From Candidatus Hodarchaeota archaeon (lineage in GTDB: Archaea; Asgardarchaeota; Lokiarchaeia; Sigyniarchaeales; SOKP01), in the NCBI GenBank assembly GCA_048887225.1, contig JBHLJY010000002.1:1-64000 (forward strand): a stretch of DNA of 64,000 bases, in the 5' to 3' direction. The notes under the pieces were generated by a model. That model searched no databases and was not told the DNA's origin. It saw nothing but the letters and a program-made list of their open reading frames with translations. Made by a program: the position numbers and the translations under genes. Of the stretch, positions 39,995 to 49,219 are shown in pieces. Position 1 is the first letter of the stretch; the number at the start of each line of letters is the position of its first letter.

Positions 39995-41231
39995 GTTCTT
40001 AAAAAAGCTGTTTCAAGCATATTATAGTGAAAAAAAGGCTGATATTCCTATTGTTGATTTGTTAGAACATCGGGAATTCGGATTCCTGTATTGGGACAAA
40101 CTAGGAATGATGAGACATATAGGTTTTAATAATGGTGAAAATTTAAAGAATTATTTAATTAATAATGGTCCTAAACATGTATATTCGAGTGGTTCTTTAT
40201 ATATAGAACCAGATCATCCAAATATGGATAAAAAACAGTATCAAGGTTGCGATTTGATAATTGATATTGATGTTGATCATTTTGAAACACCTTGTAAAAA
40301 TGATCACGACTATTGGTACTGTAAAGAGTGTGGGAAAAGTGGAAGAGGGATGGTACATAAATGTCCTGAGTGTGGCAAACTTAAGATAAAAAATTTAAAT
40401 TGGATTTGTGATATTTGTTTAGATATCGCTAAAAAAGAAATAATTAAATTAATTTACGATTTTCTATTTCCGGATTTTGGGATTAGCGAAAAAGATTTAA
40501 AAATAGCATTTTCAGGACATCGTGGTTATCACTTAAAGATCGAAAATAAAAAAATGAGGGTATTGTCAAGTGAGGAAAGAAGAGAAATTGCGGATTATCT
40601 TACTGGAGATAATATTTCTTTTGAAATTTTAGGTCTTAAAAATTTAAGCTTAAATATAAGTCTGTTAAAAAATAATATAGGCTGGTCTAAAAAAATTGTG
40701 TCAAAAATTGAAGAAATTTTAAAAAATTATTCTAACAATACTATAATTCAACTCTTTAGCAGTAAACAATTTGGATTGAATGATAAGACCATTGAATACA
40801 TATTAAATAATAAACAAAATTTTTTACAGACTTTATGGAATATAGATGGTTTCGGTCTAAAATCATGGGAAAAATTTCTAAATGGGATAATCAAAGAGGT
40901 TGGTATTGAAATTGATGAACCGGTTATAATCGATATTCACAGACTTATTAGATATCCTGGGACTTTACACGGTAAAACCGGATTTAAAGTTCAAGAATTG
41001 AAACTGCTAGAGCTTGAAACCTTTAAGCCCCTTAATGAAAATAACAAAAGTCTAGATCCAATAGTATTCTATAGTGATATCACACAAAAAATAGAGATTG
41101 TAGAGTCTAATATACCTGCCACTAAAATAAAGGGGCAAACTTTTGGTCCTTATGATAAAGGAGATCTAGTTGAGGTACCTAATCATATAGCTGTATTTTT
41201 GCTTTGTAAAGAAGTTGCTAAATTTGTATAA
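39981..41231 (+). CDS. priS: DNA primase small subunit
   Basis: HREFGF, DLIIDIDVD, FSGHRGYH, IDEPVIIDIHRLIRYPGTLHGKTG. Confidence 0.97.
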   Translation: MSSNKFLKKLFQAYYSEKKADIPIVDLLEHREFGFLYWDKLGMMRHIGFNNGENLKNYLINNGPKHVYSSGSLYIEPDHPNMDKKQYQGCDLIIDIDVDHFETPCKNDHDYWYCKECGKSGRGMVHKCPECGKLKIKNLNWICDICLDIAKKEIIKLIYDFLFPDFGISEKDLKIAFSGHRGYHLKIENKKMRVLSSEERREIADYLTGDNISFEILGLKNLSLNISLLKNNIGWSKKIVSKIEEILKNYSNNTIIQLFSSKQFGLNDKTIEYILNNKQNFLQTLWNIDGFGLKSWEKFLNGIIKEVGIEIDEPVIIDIHRLIRYPGTLHGKTGFKVQELKLLELETFKPLNENNKSLDPIVFYSDITQKIEIVESNIPATKIKGQTFGPYDKGDLVEVPNHIAVFLLCKEVAKFV

Positions 41232-41290
41232 GTTAATAATAAATTTATTCTATACCTCTTATGCATAATAAAAATAAATTTTCTCTATTT

Positions 41291-41977
41291 ATGGATATTA
41301 AAAACGAATACGAGAAGCTATATCAATATTGGCTTAAGGAATTTAAGAATAAAGATTTAACTCTTGTAACTAAAGAATTATTTACCGAATTTAAAAGAAA
41401 TTTTCAAATTCTTAATGATCCATTATTAAATGAAGAAAATTACAGAGAAAATAAAAAAATAAAATCTCAGATAGTAGACTCTTATCGAGAAAATTTTAAA
41501 TTTCTATTTAACGACTTTTTAAAGATTCGCGAAATAAAAATTATAAATTCTGCGTTAGCTTTACAAGAAATTAATCTTGATCATCTTTTACAAGCTGAGA
41601 AATTATTTTATCGAAATTTAGTAAGCGATATTAAAGGATATAAAAAAGTTAAAGCTATGTCGATTTACGAAGAAGTTAAAGAAGAAGAGATTGAAAGTTT
41701 GTTTGAATTGAAGGAAAAAGGAAAAATTGAAACTAGTAAAGATGTTGAATCTTATAAAATAAGTGATGTTGAAGATATTAAAAAAAATTTGAAAACCAAA
41801 AGTGGTGATTTCGATTATGTTTTAATCAGATTTTTAAAAAAAACTCCTCCTTTAGTTGGTATTGACCTCATTAATTATGGGCCATTCCAAAAAGAAGATA
41901 TTGCTTATATGCCTTCAAAAAACGCAAAAATACTTCTCAATGAAAAATTTGCTGAAAAAATCGAACCTACTAGTTGA
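41291..41977 (+). CDS. GINS subunit Gins51/Gins15
   Basis: Helical A-domain (FLKIREIKII) plus B-domain LVGIDLINYGPFQKEDIAYMP; follows priS. Confidence 0.85.
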   Translation: MDIKNEYEKLYQYWLKEFKNKDLTLVTKELFTEFKRNFQILNDPLLNEENYRENKKIKSQIVDSYRENFKFLFNDFLKIREIKIINSALALQEINLDHLLQAEKLFYRNLVSDIKGYKKVKAMSIYEEVKEEEIESLFELKEKGKIETSKDVESYKISDVEDIKKNLKTKSGDFDYVLIRFLKKTPPLVGIDLINYGPFQKEDIAYMPSKNAKILLNEKFAEKIEPTS

Positions 41978-42155
41978 ATTTTTTCTTAAATTCTTCTTTA
42001 AAATATTTCAATCGATATTTTCCATATTTATCTATTAATGAAAATTTTGGTGGTTTTGGATTTATCAATTCACCTCCACAGTATCTACATTTTAAATTTG
42101 GATTAATCAATCCATATTTACTACAATTCTTACATTTTTGAAGGTATTTTGTCAT
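41970..42155 (-). CDS. nop10: H/ACA RNP protein Nop10
   Basis: KCKNC..CRYCGG..PPKFSLIDKYGKYR. Confidence 0.93.
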   Translation of the reverse strand: MTKYLQKCKNCSKYGLINPNLKCRYCGGELINPKPPKFSLIDKYGKYRLKYFKEEFKKKFN

Positions 42156-42189
42156 TTTATAAAATTAAAGTGAAATTATACTAATTAAT

Positions 42190-43008
42190 TTAGTCTCGAA
42201 TAAAATTGAATGTTCCATTAAATTTATTCACCTTGGCTTCAATAACCTCTAAAACCTCAGAAAGTATGTTTTCAGCATCCAAATAATCCTTTGAGACGAT
42301 TTCAAGACGATAATATGGGGCTGCGATATAACTAATGCTTAAGTTTCTAGTTTCTTTTGGATTTTTTATAATATTTTTAGCTTCAATTAAAGATTCTTTA
42401 ATTAGATCAATTCCATTTTCGTCATTATAAGAAAGTTGAATTTTTCCAACAATGTTAATAGTTGATATTTTTATATTCTCATTAATTATCTGCAAGAAAG
42501 CTTTTTTCACATCTTCAGGAACATTTTTTATATCCTTTAAGATATTTTTTCCATTTTCTTTAAGTTCTTCAATAGTTTCTTGATAAGTATTATATCTATC
42601 TAATATGGGAAATCCAATTAGCTCGTAAGCATCATCAAAAGTTAAATCTTTAGCATCAACTAAAAATTGTAATAAATTTTCGAATTTTAAGGCATATTTC
42701 CATTCCTTCATTCGAACTTCTCTTTGAGCCGAATTAACCCTTCTTAAAGATAAATCAATGTGTCCCTTTGTTGGTTCTACACGCAGGACTCTTAACACAA
42801 CTCTTTGACCAACTCTTACATGATGTCGTATATTTTTTACCCATCGGCTTGATATTTCGCTAATATGAATCATGCCTCTCGCAACGTCATCCGTATTTAA
42901 ACCTTCATAGTCTATTAAGTCTACATAAACATATTGATCATGAACATCGGTCACTTTTCCGACTACGAATTCTCCTTCCTTTGGAAATTTTGTTCTTGAA
43001 CGAACCAT
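42190..43008 (-). CDS. eif2a: Translation initiation factor 2 alpha
   Basis: S1 domain IHISEISSRW, GHIDLSLRRV, YIAAPYY. Confidence 0.96.
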   Translation of the reverse strand: MVRSRTKFPKEGEFVVGKVTDVHDQYVYVDLIDYEGLNTDDVARGMIHISEISSRWVKNIRHHVRVGQRVVLRVLRVEPTKGHIDLSLRRVNSAQREVRMKEWKYALKFENLLQFLVDAKDLTFDDAYELIGFPILDRYNTYQETIEELKENGKNILKDIKNVPEDVKKAFLQIINENIKISTINIVGKIQLSYNDENGIDLIKESLIEAKNIIKNPKETRNLSISYIAAPYYRLEIVSKDYLDAENILSEVLEVIEAKVNKFNGTFNFIRD

Positions 43009-43172
43009 TACTTTTTATGTTTTATAGATTTATTACAATAGATTTTGTACATTCCTTAATTTTTTATAGAGTAATATAATTTTTTATCTTTATTATTTTG
43101 ATTAACTTAAAATTTATTTTTAGTCTTTTTTTAAGATTTTATAGATTTCAAATATTTATCAAGTGATAAAAA

Positions 43173-43628
43173 ATACCTAATTGGATCGTACATATAAAAT
43201 GGTGTAAAAAAGCTGGAATTGATGAATTAGTTGCGATTATCGTAAATAGATTCATAGATTATGGCTCTCATTACAGTATGTATGATAAAGAAATTTTATC
43301 TATTTACAATGAAAATGAGAGAATAATTGATCGCCAGCTAAAATATTTTTACCTAATGGATAAAGAAAAAAAATATAGCAATGAGAATCTCTATATTAAA
43401 GCATATTATCTTCATCACTTATTAGATTATTTTACGGAAACTCGTGTCGAGATAAATAATATAGAGCTTATTTTTGATAAATTTTTAGAAGATAAAGTAA
43501 TAGTAGAATTATCCGATAATGGTAAAATAATCAACTTTAGAAAAGAAATTAAAGAAATATTTCAATTGCTAAGAGAAAATAAACAAGAATTATATGATGA
43601 TTTTAAGGGATTGCATTTAATTAGCTAA
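43173..43628 (+). CDS. Putative metal-dependent hydrolase-like protein; probable ATA start at 43173
   Basis: Frame extends 35 codons upstream of ATG 43278 as (I)PNWIVHIKWCKKAGIDE..VNRFID; LHHLLD motif. Confidence 0.6.
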   Translation: MPNWIVHIKWCKKAGIDELVAIIVNRFIDYGSHYSMYDKEILSIYNENERIIDRQLKYFYLMDKEKKYSNENLYIKAYYLHHLLDYFTETRVEINNIELIFDKFLEDKVIVELSDNGKIINFRKEIKEIFQLLRENKQELYDDFKGLHLIS

Positions 43629-43835
43629 AACGAAATAAAAAAAAAAGAAAAAATCATTAAATACAAAATCTTTCATTTATTTCCCTAGACAATCCTTTAT
43701 CTTTCCAATATAGTAAAGAATTTAAATTCCAGATCATTTAAGTTCATTATCAAATTATAATTGATATTATTATTAGGAATTAAAAATTAAGTATATTAAT
43801 TCTATTTTAAAATAAATATGGAAATTGATTGAAAA

Positions 43836-45134
43836 ATGGTTGACAAGCAACATTTAAATCTAGTAATTATAGGTCATATCGACCACGGCAAATCAACAAT
43901 GATGGGCGCATTACTTATAGAAACAGGAGCAGTAACAGATAGAGAAGCAAGAGAGCTTGAAAAACTCGCTAAAGAATATGATCGAGAATCATGGTCCTAC
44001 GCTTTCGTTTTCGATAGATTAAAAGAGGAGCGTCAACGCGGAATTACAATTGATCTTGCGTTTAGAAAATTCGAGACTCCAAATCGATACTTTACAATTA
44101 TCGATGCTCCAGGTCACGCTGATTTTGTTAAGAACATGATTACAGGGGCATCACAAGCGGATGCAGCAATTTTAGTCGTTTCTGGTAAAAAAGGGGAAAT
44201 GGAAGTAGGTATTGCTGCAAATGGACAAACAAGGGAACATGCCTATCTCGCGCAGACTTTAGGGGTTAAACAACTCGTAGTTGCAGTTAATAAAGCGGAT
44301 GTCTGGGATTATAATGAAGAGAGATTTAATGAAGTCGTTGATAATGTATCCGATCTCCTTAGAAACATTGGCTTTCCAGTAAAAAAGATCCCATTTATTC
44401 CATGTAGTGGTCTTGATATGGAGAACTTATCGAAATCTAGTGATAAAATGCCATGGTATAAAGGACCAACATTAATTGATGCTATTGATCTTTTTGAAAT
44501 TCCTCCAAAGCCAACCGATAAACCTTTAAGACTTCCAATCCAAGACTCTTATTCAATTAAAGGAACGGGCGTAGTTCCCGTTGGTAGGGTTGAGACTGGA
44601 ATTTTAAAGAAGGGAGATAAAATTATTATTATGCCAACTGGTTTTAAAGGCGAAATTAGATCAATTGAAATGCATCACGAAGAAATACCTCAGGCCGAGC
44701 CTGGAGATAATGTTGGTTTCAGTATCAGAGGAATTAGCATGAAAGACGCAGGCAGAGGCGATTGTTTAGGACATCCTGACAACCCTCCTACAGTAGTTAC
44801 TCCAAATGGAAAATGGACGGGACAAATCATTGTAATTTGGCATCCAACTGCTATTGCACAAGGTTATACTCCTGTTATTCATGCTCATACAGCACAGGTC
44901 GCTGCAAAATTTACCAGCCTTGTTAAAAAATTAGATCAAAAAACTGGGGCCGTTATAGAGGATAATCCTAAGTTCCTCAAGAGAAATGAAGCCGCAATTG
45001 TAGATTTAAGTCCAATAAAAAAAATGTGTATTGAAAAATATACTGAGATTCCTGAAATGGGCCGATTTGCAGTGCGTGACATGGGGAGAACTGTTGCAGT
45101 AGGAATTGTCAAAGATTTGGAGACAGGAGCGTAG
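43836..45134 (+). CDS. tuf: Elongation factor 1-alpha
   Basis: GHIDHGKST, RGITID, DAPGH, NKAD, GRFAVRDMG. Confidence 0.99.
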   Translation: MVDKQHLNLVIIGHIDHGKSTMMGALLIETGAVTDREARELEKLAKEYDRESWSYAFVFDRLKEERQRGITIDLAFRKFETPNRYFTIIDAPGHADFVKNMITGASQADAAILVVSGKKGEMEVGIAANGQTREHAYLAQTLGVKQLVVAVNKADVWDYNEERFNEVVDNVSDLLRNIGFPVKKIPFIPCSGLDMENLSKSSDKMPWYKGPTLIDAIDLFEIPPKPTDKPLRLPIQDSYSIKGTGVVPVGRVETGILKKGDKIIIMPTGFKGEIRSIEMHHEEIPQAEPGDNVGFSIRGISMKDAGRGDCLGHPDNPPTVVTPNGKWTGQIIVIWHPTAIAQGYTPVIHAHTAQVAAKFTSLVKKLDQKTGAVIEDNPKFLKRNEAAIVDLSPIKKMCIEKYTEIPEMGRFAVRDMGRTVAVGIVKDLETGA

Positions 45135-45140
45135 GAAATT

Positions 45141-45200
45141 AATTTTTTTTTTAGATTATTTTTATTTTTCGTTATTTTTTTTGGTTTCTGTCTTTTTACA
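45141..45200 (+). terminator. Oligo-T tracts after EF-1alpha (archaeal intrinsic terminator)
   Basis: T10 followed by several T5-T8 runs just after the stop. Confidence 0.5.
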
Positions 45201-45362
45201 TTCTTCTTTATTAGTAGCTTTAACTTTACTTTCCACCTTGAACAAATTTATTATTTAAATTTAGGTATAACACCTTCATGATATCTAAATATTATTCTGT
45301 TTTTTGAGGTATTATTTGGGTTTTCTAATTAACAAATCTTCAAATAGAAGACTCGATTGGAA

Positions 45363-45845
45363 ATGATTCATATTAAAAACAAGATATGCATTATTGGAGA
45401 ATCTGGAGTGGGAAAAACTTCACTATTGACTCTATTACAAGGTGAGGAGGTAAAAAAAGGAAGGGATCCAACTATTGGATTGGAGATTAAAATAGAAAAA
45501 TTAGCTCATTATGGTAAAGTGTCTTTATGGGATTTTGGCGGGCAAAAAAGATTCAAATTTATGTGGAAGGACTTTTTGAGAGGGGCAGGTTTAACTGTAT
45601 TAGTTACCGATTCATCGGAAGACAATGTTTCTAAAAGTAAAGAGCTCTATGAAAGATTCGCGCGTCATGCTGTAAATTCCAAAATCATTGCCATAGCAAA
45701 TAAGCAAGATCTTCCAAATGTTCTGAGTGAAATAGAAGTACAGAAGAAATTAGGTGGCATAAAGACATATGGAATGAGCGCTATTCGTCCTGATTTGCGT
45801 CAAAGGATGCATGATATATTAGAATATGAGATGAGTTCAGAATGA
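45363..45845 (+). CDS. Arf-like small GTPase
   Basis: GESGVGKT, PTIG, WDFGGQ, ANKQDLP, SA. Confidence 0.9.
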   Translation: MIHIKNKICIIGESGVGKTSLLTLLQGEEVKKGRDPTIGLEIKIEKLAHYGKVSLWDFGGQKRFKFMWKDFLRGAGLTVLVTDSSEDNVSKSKELYERFARHAVNSKIIAIANKQDLPNVLSEIEVQKKLGGIKTYGMSAIRPDLRQRMHDILEYEMSSE

Positions 45846-45886
45846 CTTTTTATTTTTTTCTAATGTAATTTTACTCTTTTAAATTC

Positions 45887-46450
45887 TTAAAATAATTTTC
45901 CTATTATATGAGCAAGGCGAATAGGCTCGGGAATTTTCGAATCAATGCACACTTTTTGTAATAACAATTCTACTTCATCTAATTTAATCCCTTTAGAATG
46001 AAAAAAAATCCTTGATAAACCCCCGGCAGTTTCAATCTCAGTCTCATATAAATTTCCTGCATTAATTATTTTTTGAATTTTTAAATCGTAATTATGAGGA
46101 AATTTTTTTATTAAGGCCTTATTAACTGAGTTTAGATCAACTTCTTTTTCGGTAATGGCTATTATAGGTTTTTTTGTTTCATTGTAAATTTCTTTTAAAT
46201 CAATTATATTAAACCCCCCAAATGTTATTGTGTCAGTTAAAATATATTGAACATGATTTTCGTTTTGTTTTGTGAGTTCAATTAAAGCTCCAGTCGCATC
46301 TTGACCATCGATTTTAATTTCTTTTCTAACCACATTAACCATTCGTTTCCCTTGACAAATTACGCCTATTAATTGAGTTGTATTTTGTGAAGTCGATTTA
46401 AGCGCAAAAGGCGCATCATCGAATCCGATAGTTATAGGATATTCTTTCAT
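45887..46450 (-). CDS. DUF99 / endonuclease V-like nuclease
   Basis: IGFDDAPF, DGQDAT, ITFGGFNIID, IPEPIRLAH. Confidence 0.88.
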   Translation of the reverse strand: MKEYPITIGFDDAPFALKSTSQNTTQLIGVICQGKRMVNVVRKEIKIDGQDATGALIELTKQNENHVQYILTDTITFGGFNIIDLKEIYNETKKPIIAITEKEVDLNSVNKALIKKFPHNYDLKIQKIINAGNLYETEIETAGGLSRIFFHSKGIKLDEVELLLQKVCIDSKIPEPIRLAHIIGKLF

Positions 46451-46453
46451 ATT

Positions 46454-46909
46454 TTAATTTTGAGGTAAATATTTTCTTATATAAATTAGAAAATTTGAAA
46501 AGGCCGTCGTCGCACAACGTATCTCATCAATCCTACTTTCTAAAGGTCCTGAAAAATTATCGGTTAAAAAATCAATAATTTCATTTATGGACATTTTATT
46601 ACTTAGCCAGATAAAAGCTATTATCGCTTCTACAGTATTAGCAAGATCGTGAGCATCAGCCCTATTCTTAGCAAAACCTTTCATATCGGCGTTTTTTAAA
46701 GCATCGGCTAAAATTATTTTACTTACTTTTAATCCAGTACGTAAAATTTTATTTTTATTTAAACTATTTCTTGTTAAATATATTGACTTTGCCACGGAAT
46801 ACGTTAAATTAACGATAGCATCTCCTATTTTAGCTAAGCCTTTATCAGTTCCAATACTCTTTTGAGAATTAATTCGATTCAGATCCTTAATTAAAAACTC
46901 ATAAGCCAT
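46454..46909 (-). CDS. Archaeal mini-RNase III-like protein
   Basis: DKGLAKIGDAIVNL..S, ANTVEAIIAFIWL. Confidence 0.8.
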   Translation of the reverse strand: MAYEFLIKDLNRINSQKSIGTDKGLAKIGDAIVNLTYSVAKSIYLTRNSLNKNKILRTGLKVSKIILADALKNADMKGFAKNRADAHDLANTVEAIIAFIWLSNKMSINEIIDFLTDNFSGPLESRIDEIRCATTAFSNFLIYIRKYLPQN

Positions 46910-46964
46910 TATGATAAGTAGAATTATAACTTCTTAAAAACTTTTTACAAAAAAGTAATTAAGT

Positions 46965-47471
46965 TTACATAAGTTTTTGGAAGAGTTTTTCGACCTCTAC
47001 AACTTCTTCTTTTAATGATTCAATTCCTTTATACAAAATATCTTTAATTTTATGTTTATCTTCAAGCCTTATATAAATCTTTGGTGGTTCTAATCCTGTT
47101 ATTTTATACGCTGCGATGTTTACACCTTCGATATTTAAGAGATGTTTAATAAAAATATTGCAAAATCCGTGGGATTGCCCAATTACTTCAATTTCGTAAT
47201 CATTTTCTGCTACAACTTTATTAATTTTAAGATTGAGATATTTATAATCAGGAATTTCTGGTTTTTCTTCAAGTTCAAATTCTATCTCATCTTCATATTC
47301 ATCTTCACTTATATCCGAAGCTGTTGAAATAGTTTCTTCTGTATCAGACTTGTCTTTAGGTGTTTTTTTCGCTACCTTAGGGAGTAGGATCTCAAGTTCC
47401 TTATCTTCTAAATCTAAAAAATCATCTTCTAAATTTTCTTCTGGTTCTTTTTTATCCTTTTTCTTAGCCAT
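46965..47471 (-). CDS. rpoL: RNA polymerase subunit L (Rpo11) with acidic N-terminal extension
   Basis: EIEVIGQSHGFCN..LLNIEGVNIAAY; neighbour of csl4. Confidence 0.8.
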   Translation of the reverse strand: MAKKKDKKEPEENLEDDFLDLEDKELEILLPKVAKKTPKDKSDTEETISTASDISEDEYEDEIEFELEEKPEIPDYKYLNLKINKVVAENDYEIEVIGQSHGFCNIFIKHLLNIEGVNIAAYKITGLEPPKIYIRLEDKHKIKDILYKGIESLKEEVVEVEKLFQKLM

Positions 47472-47557
47472 TATAATAACTCTAAATAATTTGAACTTGT
47501 CAAACTTAATGTATAATAAAATAAATGTTTTTTGGTATGTTAAAAAATTAGAAGCAA

Positions 47558-47779
47558 TTAACACAGATATATCTCTGCTAAATCCCGTAATCTTTCACAC
47601 GCCAAGTGTTGAAGATCTTTTGAGCCGTATAATGTGATTTTAATACTTCTGCCATTGACAGTTGCGTTTAGATTAATATAATTTACTTTTTTTTGAATGT
47701 TCTCAAGAAATTTAACTGTTTTATCCAAATTTCCATTATAGTTGTAGAAATGAATAACTTTTTTTCCGGTTCTAGGCAA
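47558..47779 (-). CDS. Small conserved protein (DUF2067-like), TTG start
   Basis: IKITLYGSK pattern; lies between csl4 and rpoL; AGGTG upstream. Confidence 0.55.
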   Translation of the reverse strand: MPRTGKKVIHFYNYNGNLDKTVKFLENIQKKVNYINLNATVNGRSIKITLYGSKDLQHLACERLRDLAEIYLC

Positions 47780-47847
47780 AAAACGTTAACACCTACTTGA
47801 ATATTTAAACACAATAAAGTTGATTATTAGATAATAAATTAAAAAAA

Positions 47848-48453
47848 TTATAACCTCAATTGATGAGCTACATCCCCATAATCATTTGCGAGTTTTCTTT
47901 TTTCAAAATTCCCACACAGACCGCATTTTAACTTATTAGTTCCGATTTTTTTGAGGGTTTGGCCACAGATCGAGCAGTCAGAGTGTATTACACCTAAATT
48001 TTTACCTACAGTACTTAATGTATATTCATTAGCGTTTTTATTAATCACAGTAGCCCTAATAATATCTGTAAGTTGAAAAGCATCATTAATTTTTTCTATA
48101 TATCTATTAGATATTTGCGAAACATGAATATTTCCTATATAAGAAGAATTAAAATGAATTTTTCGATTAATAGTATTAAAAGTAATTCCTATAGAAAATT
48201 TACGCAAAAAAACGACGGTTCCGATTATAATATCTCCTACATTAACAGTTTTTCTATCTTTTTCTTGATGTGTTTTTATCTCAATTTCTCGTTTTTTTTC
48301 GTCTATTGAAATCAAACCTGTTTTAGTGGCAAAAATTTGCCCCTCTTTAATGTATGTTGATTGCTCATCTGGCAGAAATTCTTCAACGACTCCTAAATAT
48401 TGTCCAGCAATAACAATCTCTTTATTTTTCGCCGTTTTTTTCACATTTCTCAT
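47848..48453 (-). CDS. csl4: Exosome RNA-binding subunit Csl4
   Basis: GQYLGVVEEF, S1 IHVSQIS, LGVI..CSICG..CGLCG..EKRKLA. Confidence 0.93.
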   Translation of the reverse strand: MRNVKKTAKNKEIVIAGQYLGVVEEFLPDEQSTYIKEGQIFATKTGLISIDEKKREIEIKTHQEKDRKTVNVGDIIIGTVVFLRKFSIGITFNTINRKIHFNSSYIGNIHVSQISNRYIEKINDAFQLTDIIRATVINKNANEYTLSTVGKNLGVIHSDCSICGQTLKKIGTNKLKCGLCGNFEKRKLANDYGDVAHQLRL

Positions 48454-48548
48454 CGTAAATCTTTTATGGATAACATCTTTCTATTTTAAGTAATTATTAT
48501 TAAATAACATAAATAAATTTATGCATAATTAATCGTTATAGAGCGGAT

Positions 48549-49193
48549 ATAAAAATTAACAAAAAGGATTTAATATCTATACTTCAAAATACCCAAACAT
48601 TTATTGAGCCAAAATTAAAATTAGAACAGTATAGTATAGATGCTATGTGTGCGGTAGATCTTGTATTTTTCGCTGGTTTCGAATTCGACGACATAAAAAA
48701 CAAGTTAATTTTTGATCTCGGCGCTGGAACGGGTAGATTATCTATAGCGTGTGCTTTATTGAAAGCTGGTTGCGTCTTAAGTATAGATAGGGATTGGAGA
48801 GCTTTACATATATTAAAAAAAAATATAAAAGATCTTAACCTTGAACATATTATCTTTCCTATATGTGCCGAAGTTAAATATTTTGAAATCTCTAAATTAT
48901 TAATTCCTAAGAATCTGAAGATAACAACAATTATGAACCCTCCTTTTGGAGTTCAACATAAAACCGCTGATAGGATCTTTTTAGAAAAAGCCTTTTCAAT
49001 ATCAGATGTTGTTTACTCTATCCACTTAGCAAGTGAGAATGTCCATAATTTTCTTCTTAAATATATAAAAAAGTTTAATTGGAAAGTAGACAATGTTCTT
49101 CCGTTTATTATGGTTCTTGAAAAATCGTTTAGGTTTCACACCCAGAAGAAAAAAAAAGTTCATGTAAATGTTTATAGATACTTGAAAAAATAG
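48549..49193 (+). CDS. METTL5-family N6-adenine RNA methyltransferase; probable ATA/ATT start upstream of the track's ATG
   Basis: Upstream in-frame KKDLISILQ..FIEPKLKLEQY; DLGAGTGRL; MNPPFG; VVYSIH. Confidence 0.9.
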   Translation: MKINKKDLISILQNTQTFIEPKLKLEQYSIDAMCAVDLVFFAGFEFDDIKNKLIFDLGAGTGRLSIACALLKAGCVLSIDRDWRALHILKKNIKDLNLEHIIFPICAEVKYFEISKLLIPKNLKITTIMNPPFGVQHKTADRIFLEKAFSISDVVYSIHLASENVHNFLLKYIKKFNWKVDNVLPFIMVLEKSFRFHTQKKKKVHVNVYRYLKK

Positions 49194-49219
49194 AAAAAAT
49201 TAGATAATATAATGATTAT

